Positions 10,408 through 22,600 of a stretch of 64,000 nucleotides of DNA are shown one piece after another. The notes beneath the pieces were generated by a model. The model ran no database searches. It saw only the letters and a list, made by a program, of their open reading frames with translations, and was not told the DNA's origin. The translations under genes and the position numbers were made by a program. The stretch spans positions 75,742 to 139,741 of the forward strand of contig RHPI01002568.1 of NCBI GenBank assembly GCA_009103225.1, written 5' to 3'. The first letter of the stretch is position 1. Each line of letters starts with the position of its first letter. The DNA comes from Chlorokybus atmophyticus (taxonomy: Eukaryota > Plantae > Mesostigma and Chlorokybus algae).

Positions 10408-13400
10408 TCAAACACAGATGCCAAGTCCTGCACAACAAGTCTTGAACTTGAGCGGTGACAATGGCTTTGTCATGAAGTCCGCCAGCATGCCCTCAGTGTT
10501 GCAGTACTGGAACTCCACCTCCTTCCTTGTGACTCTGTCACGCACAAAGTGATGCATGACATCAATGTGCTTCGTCCTTGCCGAGGCGATATGGTGCTTC
10601 AACAACTTGATGGCTCCTTGGTTGTCACAGTTGATGACGATGCACGCCATGGGGTGCTTCAAGTCTGCCATGAGCTTGCGAAGCCAGAGTGCCTCCTTCG
10701 CTGCTGCTGCCGCTGCCATGTACTCAGCCTCTGATGTACATGCTGCTGTTGTTGGCTGCAGCCTGCTGTTCCAGCTCACCACGCCTCTGTTCAGCTTGAA
10801 GACGTAGCCTGTAGTGGACCTCCTGCTGTTGAGGTCACCAGCAAAGTCTGAGTCGCAGTAGCCCTCCAACTCAATGCTCCCGCTCCCAAACTTGATGCCA
10901 ACTGTTGCGCTCCCAGCAACATAGCGTAGTACTCCCTTTGCTGCTCTCCAGTGCTCCATGCTCGGTGCAGACATGTACCGAGCAAGTACTCCCACAGCAT
11001 GTGCAACATCGGGACGTGTGCACACTGCCAGATAGAGCATGCTGCCTACCAGCTCACCATATGCATACCGAGCCTTGTCGAGTACCTCCTCATCCTTTGC
11101 CTTGATGAGGGTAGTGCCAAGTGCCAACGGTGTGGTCTTGGTCTTCGCTTCAGTGAGCCCAAACCTGGTGACGAGTCTTCTCACCATCTGCTCCTTACTA
11201 ATCTTGATTGTGCGAGCAGCCCTGTCGCGCTCAATCACCATGCCAAGGAACCACTTGGCCTCTCTAAGATCACGGACTGAGAATGCTTGCTGTAGAGCAA
11301 GTTTCGTCTCCTGCACGTGGTGCACCTGCCTGGCGGTGATGATGATATCATCAACATACACGAGCAGCCAGACTTTGTTGTCTACATGGATGAAGAGCCC
11401 AGGGTCTGCAGAGGATGCGGTGAAGCCAAGTGCCTCCAGCTCCTTGGTGAGCTTGATGTGCCACATACGCGGTGCCTGTCGCAGCCCGTACAGTGCCTTG
11501 ATCAGCTTGCACGCTGTGCCTCTCTCCCCTTCTTCATATCCAAGTGGTTGCTCGATGAAGATCTCCTCCTCCAGCTCTCCGTAGAGGAAGGCAGTCTTCA
11601 CATCCAGGTGACGAAGCTCTAGGTCTTCAGCAGCAACCATAGCTAGTAGTGCACGGAAGGTGGTATGCTTACTTGCAGGTGCAAACACTTCGTTGAAGTC
11701 CACACCTTCCTGCTGCAAGAAGCCCTTTGCCACCAGTCTTGCCTTGTAGCGCTCAATGTTGCCCTGACCATCACGCTTCACCTTGAAGACCCATTTCACT
11801 GGAATGGTCTTCACTCCTTGCGGTAACTGCTCCAGTGACCAAGTGTTGTTGGCATGGAGTGACGCAATCTCCTCGTCCATAGCACGCTGCTATTGCTCCG
11901 CATTTGGTGCTAACAATGCCTCCTCGTAGGTGCTTGGCTCCTCATTTTGCACACTGGCGACGTGTGCCTTGTATAGGAAGTCAGGTGCCTTTCTCTCCCT
12001 CACTGGGTATCTCCGAGCTGCGTGCTCCTGCTGTTTGTACGGCTCCTCTTGGCCTGCTACAGCTGAGTCCTGCTCACCCTTGTTGTTGATGATGGCCTTG
12101 CATGTAGCCTCCACTGTTTCAGGATGCTCCGGCTGTGCTTCATCTTCAGAAAAGAAGCCTGCTTTTGGTTGTGATAATCCCTCGTGGAAAACCACCTCTC
12201 TGCTCACAATAATCTTCTAAGTGTCCTCGAGCATGATCGTGTAAGCCTTGGAACCCGGTTCATAGCCAACGAAGATGCCCTTGTTGCTGACCGGCTCCAG
12301 CTTGTGCCTGAGCTGTTTAAGCACTAGTGCATATGCCGTGCATCCAAACACATGCATACTACTCACATCTGGTGTGGCTCCATAGAAGTGCTCCCACGGA
12401 GTCTTCTGCTCTAAGCTCACCGGAGACCTGTTGCGGATGTAGTTGACAGTGAGTACCGCTTTCTTCCACAGACTGTCTTCCATCTTTGTGTCGTTGAGCA
12501 TGGCTCGAACACGCTCCAAGATGGTCCTGTTGAGGTGTTCAGCTGCTCCATTTTGCTGCGGGGTGTAGGGTGCCGTTGTCTCGTGGCGTATGCCCTTGCT
12601 GGTGAAGAACTCCTTCACCTCCATGTTGATGTACTCCCCTCCTCGGTCACTCCTCATTGCCTTCATCTTGTTGCTAGACTGCGTCTCCAACAAGGCCACA
12701 ACTGTGCGCACAGCTCCAGCGACTTTTGACTTGAGCGTCAATGGAAAGATGATGGGCAGTTTGCTGTAGTCGTCGAGGAATGTAGCAAAGTACCTGGCCC
12801 CTCCCTTCGCCACAATGCGCATAGGGCCACAGACATCTATGTGCACAAGCTCACAAGGATGCTAACTGCTAGGAGAGGATGATGGGAATGGCATAGCATG
12901 CTGCTTTGCAACCAGGCATGGTTCACAAAGCGCACCTGATGCATGTTTGAGTTCTTTTGTGCTGAGATGGATGCTCTTGACCATCTTCTCAGCGACAAGG
13001 CGAGTGAGGTTGACGTAGCTGAGATGCCCGAACCTTCGATGCCACAATGTTGGCGACTCCTTGTCCTTCACTACCATGGCTTGAATGTCAATGTCCTTAG
13101 GGTGCTGCTCCACGTGGTAGAGCCCTCCCGGACCAGTGATTCCAACCATGTGCACGACCCCATCAAGGATGACTGAGCAGCCACCCTTCCGAAATAGGAT
13201 CTCCGCGCCTAAGCGTTCCGCAACCCTCACAGAGAATAGACTCGCAATAGCCTTAGGAACATGCAGCACGTTGCGTAACAACACCTCGCGTAGTGTGTTA
13301 CTAATCTTGCACTGGAGTCGTACGTTGCCAACTCCCTCAGCCACCAGTACTTCGCCACCGAAGCCCGCCACCTTGATTGTGGACGTCAGCTTCCTGTAGC

Positions 13401-14310
13401 CCTCCATCACCTCCTTGTTTGGTGTGAGATGACGATCGCAGCCAGAGTCCACCTAAAAAGCTATGCCCGCCCTCGAACTGGATGCAATGAAGGCGACATG
13501 TTTCTTCTTGTGTTGGTGCTCGTTGCCGCTGTTGCTGGTGCTTGCTCTTGGTTGCCCCTGTTGTTTCTTCCAACCATCCTTCACAATGTGCCCCTTCCAA
13601 CCACACCAGTGGCATGTGAGGTCTTTGTGACGAGGATTGCCTGGCTTGTTGCCCTTGTTCTTCTCTTCATGGTTGCTCTTCTTTCCGTGCTTATTGGTGT
13701 AGAAGGTTACGGCATCAGCTTATTCGTCCTTCTTCATCACCCTCTGCTCCACGGTGAGCAGCTTCGGTAGTACATCGTCCAGCGTCAGCTCTGATGACGA
13801 TGTCTCCAGCAGTGTTGCAACGACCTCGTACTCTGCTGGTAGCCCTGCAACAACAGCCAGCACAACCTCCGTCTCCCCCATGTTATGGCCGACGTTGATG
13901 AGGTCCGCCCACAGCTCTCTCGCACGCGCAACATACTTTGTGATGGGTTCTGCTGCCTCCTTCCTCAGTGCGCTCAGCTGCTTGCGTAGCTGCAACTTTC
14001 TGGCGTTGTTCTTGGCTCTGAAAACGGCTGATAGCTTTTCCCAAGCTTGTCTACCATCTTCACATGCAGTGAGCATGGGAAAATGATGCGGTTTGCAGTT
14101 CAACACAAGCAAAGAATGTGCTTCTGCTGAATGCTCTGACCACACAGTGTTCACTCCTGGTATTAGTGGTGGTGCCTTCGGATCAACGTACTTCCACACC
14201 TTCTTGTGGATGAGCAAGGCCTTCATCTCCACGCACCATGTGTTGTAGTTGTCGGTGTCCAGCTTTGCAATCTGCCCCTTGTCGTAGGTCGCCTCCATTT
14301 CTGTCAAGCC
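10408..14310 (-). pseudogene. pol: Copia gag-pol polyprotein: one reading frame broken by five in-frame stops
   Basis: KLDTDNYNTW (gag), CHWCGWKGH knuckle, VDSG protease, LWHRRFGH, HIDVCGP and RSDRGGEY integrase, RYKARLVAKG and LLVYVDD RT, GYCDSDFAG RNase H. The track ORFs ending at 13720, 12862, 12217, 11890 and 10408 share one frame. Confidence 0.93.
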
Positions 14311-14412
14311 TGCCATTCTTGCAGCTGACACCCAAGGCTCTGCTACCAACAAGCTACCGTAGTGTAGAACTACTATGCACACAAGCTAGTCTCACACTCC
14401 TCAAGCGTAGTG

Positions 14413-14425
14413 TGAGCCCATAACC
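14413..14425 (-). promoter_or_regulatory. Copia primer-binding site of the internal (half-molecule) initiator tRNA-Met type
   Basis: GGTTATGGGCTCA immediately follows the 5' LTR end; the GGTTATGGGCCC type is established for Drosophila copia, Ty5 and Volvox Osser. Confidence 0.75.
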
Positions 14426-14879
14426 TGTTGAAGGACTAGCATGCACATGTAGTTGAGGCAAGCATGGACACACACGGACAGAGCTACCGCCACCAGAGCA
14501 TACACAAGTCACATCACATTCATCTATTACAAGTTGTCCGCTGGTTCTTATACCAGCCAGTTACACACGTCTACATTTGCAAGCACTGCGTAAGCTATAC
14601 TCAGCCGTTTGACGCGCTCTAAGCTGTGTTGTCTTCCTTCCAACAAGCTCTTACACGTCTAATATAAGTAAGTATACGCGGAGATACAAAGCAGTTCGTA
14701 AGGCTCTAGTTTGGAGTCCGGAGTCTGGTCCGACGACGCCATCTTGCAAGTCCGGACCTAGTGCTCGTCCTTACGACCTTCTATTCTTGTGTGGAGGGTC
14801 GATGCTGATCGTATGTAGGAATACTCTCAACATGGCCTGTAGCCAGTGGTCCAATGGGACCAAGAGGTAGCGTTGGCAA

Positions 14880-16060
14880 CTGCTGGGATGTCCTCCACAA
14901 TGACTGCTGCCTGCTCTTTCATATAGGCGATTTCGAGGGCGGTGTGTGCCGCTTTGGTCTCTTGCACGCGATCGGCCCACCCCGCCGCCAGGTGTTCGAG
15001 CTCTTGAAAAAACACATGGCGGTCCTGAAGAGCAAAGCACATATGCTTTTAATAACCATACCATGCTATTCTAATCCATGGCGCGTCCCACCAGCTGACA
15101 TTGCTGACTGTCGGTCAGCGTGGAACCTGTGATACTGCCTGGAGAGAATCCGATGGCGCGTTCGCGCTCACATGCATTGGATTCCTCCAGTTGGCCTGGG
15201 GTAGAATCCAACACCATGCCGTCGCCGTGGTTGCGGAAGGCGTATGATTCTAAGTAAGACACTAGAGTGGGGAGCGCACGACGTGGTTAACCAGGCTGGT
15301 TGCACTGGTAGAAGTGCTGGTGATCGTGTCGGGTGACTGGTTGTGATGTGCGCCCAGGGTCCATGATAGCGTCGATGGTGAGATCGCGTGGACGGCTGCT
15401 GTTCAGATATTTAACAGCAAAGAGATCCTCGTCGGTAGCCAGGTTGGTCCACTTGGCGCGGACGCGATGAGCACGGGAGCCATGCCGTGCTGCATTGATT
15501 TTGAGAGGATGTCTCATCAAGGAACACACCTGTCAAAAGCTGTTGGCCACGTGATGGCGCTTATCGTCCTCGGAGTGCACATTCTCGGTGATGTATCCCG
15601 GAGGCCTGGACAGCTAGTTGCTCTGCAGGATTTTAATGGCACGCAGCAGTTCTCAGAACAGTTGCGAGCGAAGATCAGCGAGTCCTTGGCCTCTGCCGGC
15701 TCTCGAGTGTCCTTGACACTCCCATTCTGCTATCAACAGGTCGATGTTGCCCACCGCCAGGAGGTGATCCGCAGTGATTAAATGATGTCCTGTGGCAGTG
15801 CCTTCAGACTGCCTTGCAGTGCCGATAGCGGCAATCGCTGCGGGTAGCATTGGTATATGTGGCGCAGGTGGTGGCTCAGGGCCAGCTCGTCGTGCGGATC
15901 AGGGTCACAGTAGAAGTACTTGGTGACCGGCGCGGCGGTGTTGAGGACCGCGGCGAGGCCGCTACGTATACCACTAAACAGTTCCAACACGGTGATGCCT
16001 TGTTGTCGACGGAATACGTGAAACTCCACTACTCGAGTGGCCACCTGGTGTTGCTCCTGG
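14880..16060 (-). pseudogene. DNMT3-like C5 cytosine methyltransferase domain of the decayed gypsy
   Basis: ITVLELFSGIRSGL (motif I), IDLLIAEWECQGHSRAG (IV), NAARHGSRAHRVRAKWTNL (VIII), ERERAIGF (IX), QLVGRAMD (X); stops and frameshifts. Confidence 0.85.
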
Positions 16061-16385
16061 ACCGCAGCTTGGTCCTTGTAGAGAGGGAGCCGTGAAGTGA
16101 GCCGTGGTCTGGTCAGTAGTAGATGTGCGACCACCTGTGTGCGCCAGCGGTGTTCTGGTGGGCCACTTCTTTGGTTGCATTTTTAGACTCGTTGTATGGG
16201 ATAGGAGAGTCTTGGTCAGAGTTGTAGGTGACCACCGCAGCTAATCTGCTGGAAGTTGTCGAAACCGACCTGTGGGTGGCTGTTGCAGCTGACAAGTTAG
16301 TGGTTGTTGACAGCGACCTGTAGGTGGCGGTTGGGGCTGACCTTCGGTGAGAGCGAGTGCGAGCCACCAGCTCGAGAGGCAGATA

Positions 16386-16851
16386 TGTTGAGATTCGGAC
16401 ACTACTGAGCATGCATGGAGTTGGTGCAAGCGCAAGTACACACACTCCAGAGCATACACACAAGGCTGATCCAAAAGGCTTTCTAAGGATTACAACAAAG
16501 TCACACCGCGGGCTTTTATACCCGCCAGTTCTGCACCTGTCTACTCTAGAAGCCACCACGACTTCTACACTCAACCGATTCCTGCGCTCTAAGTTGCACC
16601 ACGTAGCTACTTTCAAGAGCTTTGCAACAAGCTATGACACGCGCCATAAAATGACGTAACCACCGAGCTACAACGTTTCTTCTACAGCGCCTGGAAGTCT
16701 CCAGACTCCGGACTCGACTCCGCGCCTGGAACCTTCTCGACTGAAGTCCTCGCCTGGACCTTTCTCGACTGGAACCTTCTCGCGCCTGAATTTTCTCGCG
16801 GCTATTCTTATCCACAGGGCAAGCTGACCGGATACAAAAATATCCTCAACA
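16386..16851 (-). repeat. Copia-family solo LTR with 5-bp TSD AGATA
   Basis: TG...CA termini with agata on both sides; reverse copy of 729-1197; removing it restores EVQGYLPLELV. Confidence 0.9.
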
Positions 16852-17300
16852 AGATATCCTTGAACCTCTTTATCCTCTTCGTCCCAATGAGGACGAAACC
16901 ATGCCTTCTCTGTCCAGCAGTCCAGCCCCATGCCAACAGGGAAGTTAAAGTCATGTCCCAGCAGCAGGTCGAAGGATTCTGCGTCGGTGACCACACACCT
17001 CTATACGACCTCGGTACTGTGGGAAGGGTCCACTCCTATTAAGCGAATGCAGAGGCTTGCTTGGTGATGCCAATCACCTTGTCACGGCTGCCGGCTGCTG
17101 TGTCGAGCACGTATGGGCACGGCATTAGCTCAGCGCTGGTGATGCCAAGGTCGCGTGCGAGGTAACGTCCGATGATGACGGGTTGGGCTGTAATGTCCAG
17201 CATCACACGCTTGGGTGCTCGTCCATTGAGAGTGACACGCTTGCCTTGGTTGGCAATTATTGCTGCATTGGCGTGGATGCGCAGCCGCTCGAATTGTTGG
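16852..17300 (-). pseudogene. pol: Gypsy aspartic protease (decayed)
   Basis: KRVMLDITAQPVIIG and SFDLLLGHDFNFPVGMGLDCW are homologous to 23747-24150. Confidence 0.85.
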
Positions 17301-17669
17301 TAGCGTGTGCGTGGGGTGACTGCTGCTGCAATCTCCTCCGGTGGTCGAGCGCAGTGCGGCAAGCGCCCTTCAATCAGCTGGGTCTTGAGAACCTTCTGGA
17401 CCGCGGCCTGACCCGAACCGTCCTTGTCTTGGCTGTTGATAAACACACTGTGGCCTGAGTGCTGGCGGTGCTGCCTGTGGCTGCCCTGGTTGTGGTGCAG
17501 GGGGATTGCGCCTTTGTGTGGCCGGGTCCATTCCTGGCGGCATAGGCAGTAGCTGTTGGGGAAACCCTGGAGGACTGAGTGTTTGTGGCTAACCCCCGCA
17601 ACACGCTGATGATCAATGTGGCCATCTTGAACGGAGGCAGGTTGTTGAGCGCGCAGACGTCTTCGCTTC

Positions 17670-18867
17670 TTCCTGTGGGTTTTGTGCCCAAAGATCAGCT
17701 TCACAAGGGGGTGACAACATGTACCCCTTTCTAAAGCCACTTATAGACGAGCTCAAATTACTGCTGCTTGAGGGCTTCACCTGCAATTACGCCCTCCCCA
17801 CCTCTGAAGTTTGCCCTGACCTGCACTCTCAAGCAGTCGGTGCTACCACGCGCTTGCGTGCGATGCTGCTCATCTGGGCTGATGATTACCCAGCCCAGTG
17901 TCAGGTACTAAAGATGAAAGATGGTGGCATCTTGGGCTGCCGTAGATGCTGGTGTAAAGCCCAGCCCTACATGGAAGAAGCCCAAAGGCCTGTAATGCGC
18001 AAGGCTGCTCCAGTGTCCGACGATGAGCAGGTGTCTGCTTGCAAGAAGCTGAAGGCTGTTTCCAAGTTCAGCAGCCAAGCAAAGTCTGCTAGCAGGAATA
18101 AGACGCAGGCGGCTGAGAAGAAGCAGATGAAGAAGAAGGAGAAGCAACCTGCCAGCAAGAAGCGTGCTGCTGCATCAACCAGCAATGGTCCAGCTGGTCC
18201 TAGCAACTCCCAAGCAGTGGAGCTCAACACCTACCAGAAGAAGGTCTACCGCTACGATCACAACTTCATGCACTTAGGACATCCATGGCCCGAGAGAGAA
18301 GAACAGGAGACTCTGACCAACATTGATAAGCTGGAGACTGCTGCTACCCCTGCTATTGGAACACAAATCAGCATGGAGACAGGTGTCATGTTGAGAAGCA
18401 AGCATGCAAGTGAAGAGGGCAAGTAACGACGCGCAGGAGAAGGCAACACAGTTCCCAATTTATTACCAACAGACCGCGGGGTTATATACCCGCCAGTCAG
18501 TACATAGTTTGTACACACTGCTGGTCTACATGCAACAGCGTCCGATATACTGAACCATATCGTACGCTGTAAGATGTGCCACGTAGCTAACTTGATAAGC
18601 TTTGAAACAAGCTATGCCACGTCCTATAAGACTAAGTATCCTAGGAGATATGACGATTCTCCTAGGACCCTTCTCTGCAGTCCGCGCCAGGACCTTCATG
18701 TCCGGAGTCTTCGAGGTCCTCCCATCGAGGTCCCTTCTCTTCTCTCTTGTATGCAGGGCAGGCTGACCGGATGTAGGAATATCTTCAACATGTCACAGGC
18801 AAGAGCCAACTGTGGCGCCTCTACCATGCCTACGGCTTCAGCCCACTCAAGGACGTGGTGTACGATG
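17670..18867 (+). pseudogene. En/Spm(CACTA)/Plavaka-like DDE transposase, 5' part
   Basis: YPFLKPLIDELKLLLLEG, LRAMLLIWADDYPA, GCRRC; reads through to DVVYD after removing the solo LTR at 18389-18790. Confidence 0.65.
18389..18790 (-). repeat. Copia-family solo LTR with 5-bp TSD TGTCA
   Basis: Minus-strand start TGTTGAAGATATTCCTACATCCGGTCAGC; tgtca on both sides; removing it restores METGVTGKSQLW. Confidence 0.88.
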
Positions 18868-19470
18868 TGTCATGCCTATCGCCCAAGCATGCCAGTCGTC
18901 ATCGGGCATGCCTACAGCGAGACCCTCGCCCGGCTTACCAGCATGGCAACCCGCGCGCGCCTCTGACCAGTAGCTAGGTCATGTCCCTAGAGTAGCTCGT
19001 GACCATAGCCTGCATAGGCACCGCGCGTAGCTGTGCAGTTGTGAGTTCAGTTATAAGTCCGGTTCTATATCGAGTGGGCATTTCCTGTGGAAATAGCCTC
19101 AATATAACCGTTAGCTTATGTTCTGGACAGTCATGAGTTGACTTGTATAAGTAGGCACAGTGTTCACCGGATCAGCTGGTGACACTGTAAGTGAGAAAGC
19201 TAAGAGCTTGTGAAGCGACTTGAACTACGAACACAACGTCCTGGTTCCCAAGAATCCCCTCACCGTGTGAGAGCCTGTGCATGTTCTTGTGCACTGTGCT
19301 TGTTCTTGCTGTGAGCTTTGTGTACTTGGTCGCGGTGTGCTCGTTGGCATCAGTCAGGGCATAGCATCCACGTGTTGCTTGCTCATTCATCTCACTGAAC
19401 AGTGTATTCCTCTCCCACTCACGCAAAGAACTGTGTAAACAGCACTACCTATAGTAGTGGCTTGTTGACT
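18868..19470 (+). repeat. 5' terminal repeat B1 (595 bp) plus the first 8 nt of repeat A
   Basis: Near-identical to 29102-29705. Confidence 0.93.
19146..19150 (+). promoter_or_regulatory. Candidate TATA box of the element
   Basis: TGTATAAGTAG is conserved in all three B copies and lies about 30 nt upstream of the self-complementary 15-mer at 19178. Confidence 0.5.
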
Positions 19471-19482
19471 TACAGTGTCACC
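19468..19482 (+). promoter_or_regulatory. Candidate self-priming primer-binding site
   Basis: ACTTACAGTGTCACC is the exact reverse complement of GGTGACACTGTAAGT at 19178-19192; no TGG-initiated tRNA PBS follows the repeat. Confidence 0.65.
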
Positions 19483-19681
19483 CTCTTTGCTCAAGTGAGT
19501 GTAGTTGCAAGCTGTACATCAGCATCGCAATCTGTAGTTGTACACATCACAGTGCAGTGTTGTCACCGTCATCGCATAGCGCGCACAAGCGCTAGTGTGT
19601 TGGGTGATAGCAGCATTAGAGATCCCATTGTAGAACACAAACACTCTACCCTTTATCCACTTTCACCATCGCACCAGCTGT

Positions 19682-22600
19682 ATGAGCAGGCCCACCCCGT
19701 TCTCCCCAATAGACGAGGGTGACCTCAGCAGTTGGAGCCCAACCACCAACCTCACATACGAGCGGACCAGTGACGGGAGCATCAACCGCAGCAGCAGAGG
19801 CCAGCGCTCCATCTCCGGCTTCACCCCGCTCCACTCTACTCCTCGTCATCAAGCTTCTCCACTATCATCGGACAGCGACGACAACAAGATGGAGTCTTCC
19901 AGTTCAACCACATCCCTGCGCTTCTCCGGACGTGCCGGCACCACCTCGCTGGATGAGTTCATCATCAAGTTCCACTCCAAGATGCGGCAGCAAGCTCTGA
20001 AGAACAAAGACTGGTCAGATGAGATCTCTTTCCACATTGCTGCTCAGTATCTTGATTATGAAGCACACGATGTCTGGAAGTCCGTTGCTGAACTGCATCG
20101 AGTAGACGGCTATGGCGAGCTTGCCAGCACCATAGCATCTGCATCGCTGCACCGTCCAACAGGTGTCGTTCCACCTGCCACTTCAGTTGCAGTAACAGGC
20201 TTGTCCATAGCTGCAGCTCTCAAGCAGGCAGAGGAGGAGGAACCGGAGTTGGTACTTGTCAACTTGACCCCTGCAGAAGTTGAGTCCAAGGAGGCCACAC
20301 GTCGAGTCCGCATCCTTGACCGTTCTGCCGTCATCATTGAGGAACAAAAAGCTGCACAGCAAGCGGCAGCCGCAGAGTGGGGTCCTCCTCTACCTCCGGC
20401 AACACCTAGCTCTCGTGCGGGAGGCAGTACCTTCACCCTCGGGTCAGTAGCACTGCGTGCACCAGCCATCTCCGTAGGTGCTGCCATCTCTGATTTGCCA
20501 CTCAAGGATCTGTACGCTGCCCTGCGCCGCACCTTCCCTCCTCAGACCACCAGCAAGGTTGAGGAGCTGAGACGCTTCCGACGCAAGCCCAATGAGGATC
20601 CCCTCCGCTTGTACTCCAGACTGGAAGGTCTGCTAGAGGACACTGATTACAGGATTGTCAGTGAGGAGGCTGCTGCAGTGATATGCGTCAATGAGTTGGA
20701 TGCTGCTCTGAGCGAGTCGACACGCCTGACTCTGAACTACAGCAGGCCCCTTGGCTACACCCTCAAGGAAGCTTTCGAGACTGCAGAAGCCATCCATAAG
20801 CGCGCAGTGTATGAGAAAGCGGTGCTGGACACCAATCGCAGTGCCTCACGGCCTATGGCAGGCACAAGTGCAGAGCCTCCTCGGCGGGACCGCAGCCGGG
20901 AGTCGCAAGGCATCCATTACAAGGATAAACGGTCAGCTCATGCTGCCCTTGTGGCTCCAGTGCTGTGCCACCGGTGTGATCGACATGGCCACTACAAAAA
21001 GGAGTGCACCGAAGATTACGGCAACCTTGTGTGCGACCACTGCCACAAGACGGGACACTTGGAGACAGTATGCTGGCTCAAGTTCCCTGAGCTGCGGCCC
21101 CCTATTGGCTACAACAACAGCAACAACGCTGTTGGCTACCGCGGCCACAACAACCACAACAACAACGGGGGCTACAACAACAGCAACCATGCTGGCGGCC
21201 ACAACAACAGCAACAACGCTGGTGGTCGCAACAACGGCAATTACGCTGGTGGCCACAACCCCAACAACAACAGCAACGCTGGCGCCCGCAAGGAAGAAGC
21301 TGGCTATAGGGGGAAAAACCGCCCTCCACAGCACAAAGGACTTGAGGGACGTCCTCGCGCTGGAGCTGCTGCTGTCAAGGCACCAACCAATCCACCGGCT
21401 ATCGACCAAGTGGCAGCCCTGATGGCGCGCGTGGCACAGCTGGAGGAAAACAAGGAGCAGGACTATCAAGCCTGCTATGCTGCTAGGTGGGCATTGATGG
21501 CACCGAAACGGGATAGGGACACTCCCACGCCGTCACGCGTACAACCATCCAGACGGGCGCGCAGGGAAGCTGGCGCGTCGTCAACAGCGGCATCGTCGGA
21601 CGCCACAAGTGGTGCTGCCTCGGCAGCCACAACCACCGCTGGGACGACGCCGTCGACGACACCGTCGGCGTCCACACCGACTACGACAGCAGGTGTCAGC
21701 ACTCTTGGCACCACGCTGTTCCCGGTGATGGAGAGCACCCACGCCGCAGCAACCATGGTCGTTGGGTTCGTAAGTGGTGAATCCACCACTCCTGCCTCCA
21801 TCGGAGCGACCACATCAACCGCAATTGCTGCCACCCTCACAGCCGCCACTTCAATGACGACGACTGCGGCAGGTGCCACCACCATCGCCTCCAGTAGTGC
21901 TGCCATACCCACCGCACCACTTCCTGAAAGCCGGACGGCACCGCCACCAGCATTGGACGTCACACAGCAAGTGCCACGCGGGCCGCAAGCAGAACGCGCC
22001 TGGGCGTCGATTCTACGCAACGTGGAGCCCACCACTATTGCGTACGGACCAGGGGGGCAACGCACCACGCGCGTGGCACGCGATGATTGCATCTTGCCCC
22101 TACCACCGCCAGAATACCACACGCTGCCAGAACCCACACAACAGCAGCTGGAGGATGAAATCCTCGCCGGCACTGCACCAGAGATGAGGGATCGTCTGTT
22201 CGGGGTCACCTATCGCCGACCTGCGGTGTTGGAACTGGCCATCCAGTTATTCCTGGCATTACATGCACGGTTGCAGGGCGCACCCAGTCAATCGCGACAG
22301 CCCATGCCCGCTCAACAGATTGACTTCGAGCCTTCGCCACTGGACCTACTCGGCCTCCAGCGACACAAACTCCAAGACCTCGTGGTCACGATGTCTGACA
22401 TCGCGCTGGGCGCTGATCCCGCTCTCCGGGGGCTCACTCCAGGCAGTCGTCAAGAGCGTTTTTCTGCACTCGAACAGGCCCATCGGTATCGCATGGACCA
22501 AGCTGCCCAAGTGGACGCGCGCCGACAAGCGTACGAAGCAGCACACGCCGTTATCGTACCAACCGTAGCGCCAGCACATGTTGCCAGCGCCTCCACGGCG

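Larger units (their letters stand above)
9942..14832 (-). mobile_element. Full-length Ty1/copia LTR retrotransposon with 5-bp TSD TGGCC
   Basis: LTRs at 14426-14832 and 9942-10365 (TG...CA; several substitutions and a short indel between them); tggcc on both flanks; domain order gag-protease-integrase-RT-RNase H. Confidence 0.95.
4487..17670 (-). mobile_element. Decayed Ty3/gypsy retrotransposon with DNMT3-like domain and integrase-PHD; 5'-truncated and interrupted by four solo LTRs and one full copia
   Basis: Collinear in reverse with 23700-29934: protease (RVMLDITAQPVIIG), methyltransferase, RT (YIDD), RNase H, integrase, PHD, G-rich PPT, then A-gc-B-A terminal repeats. Many stops and frameshifts. 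The 5' boundary is approximate. Confidence 0.9.

Noticed and set aside
19463-19500. Canonical tRNA primer-binding site for the intact gypsy
   Set aside because: No TGG-initiated 3'-tRNA complement follows any of the repeats; the self-complementary 15-mer explains the site better.
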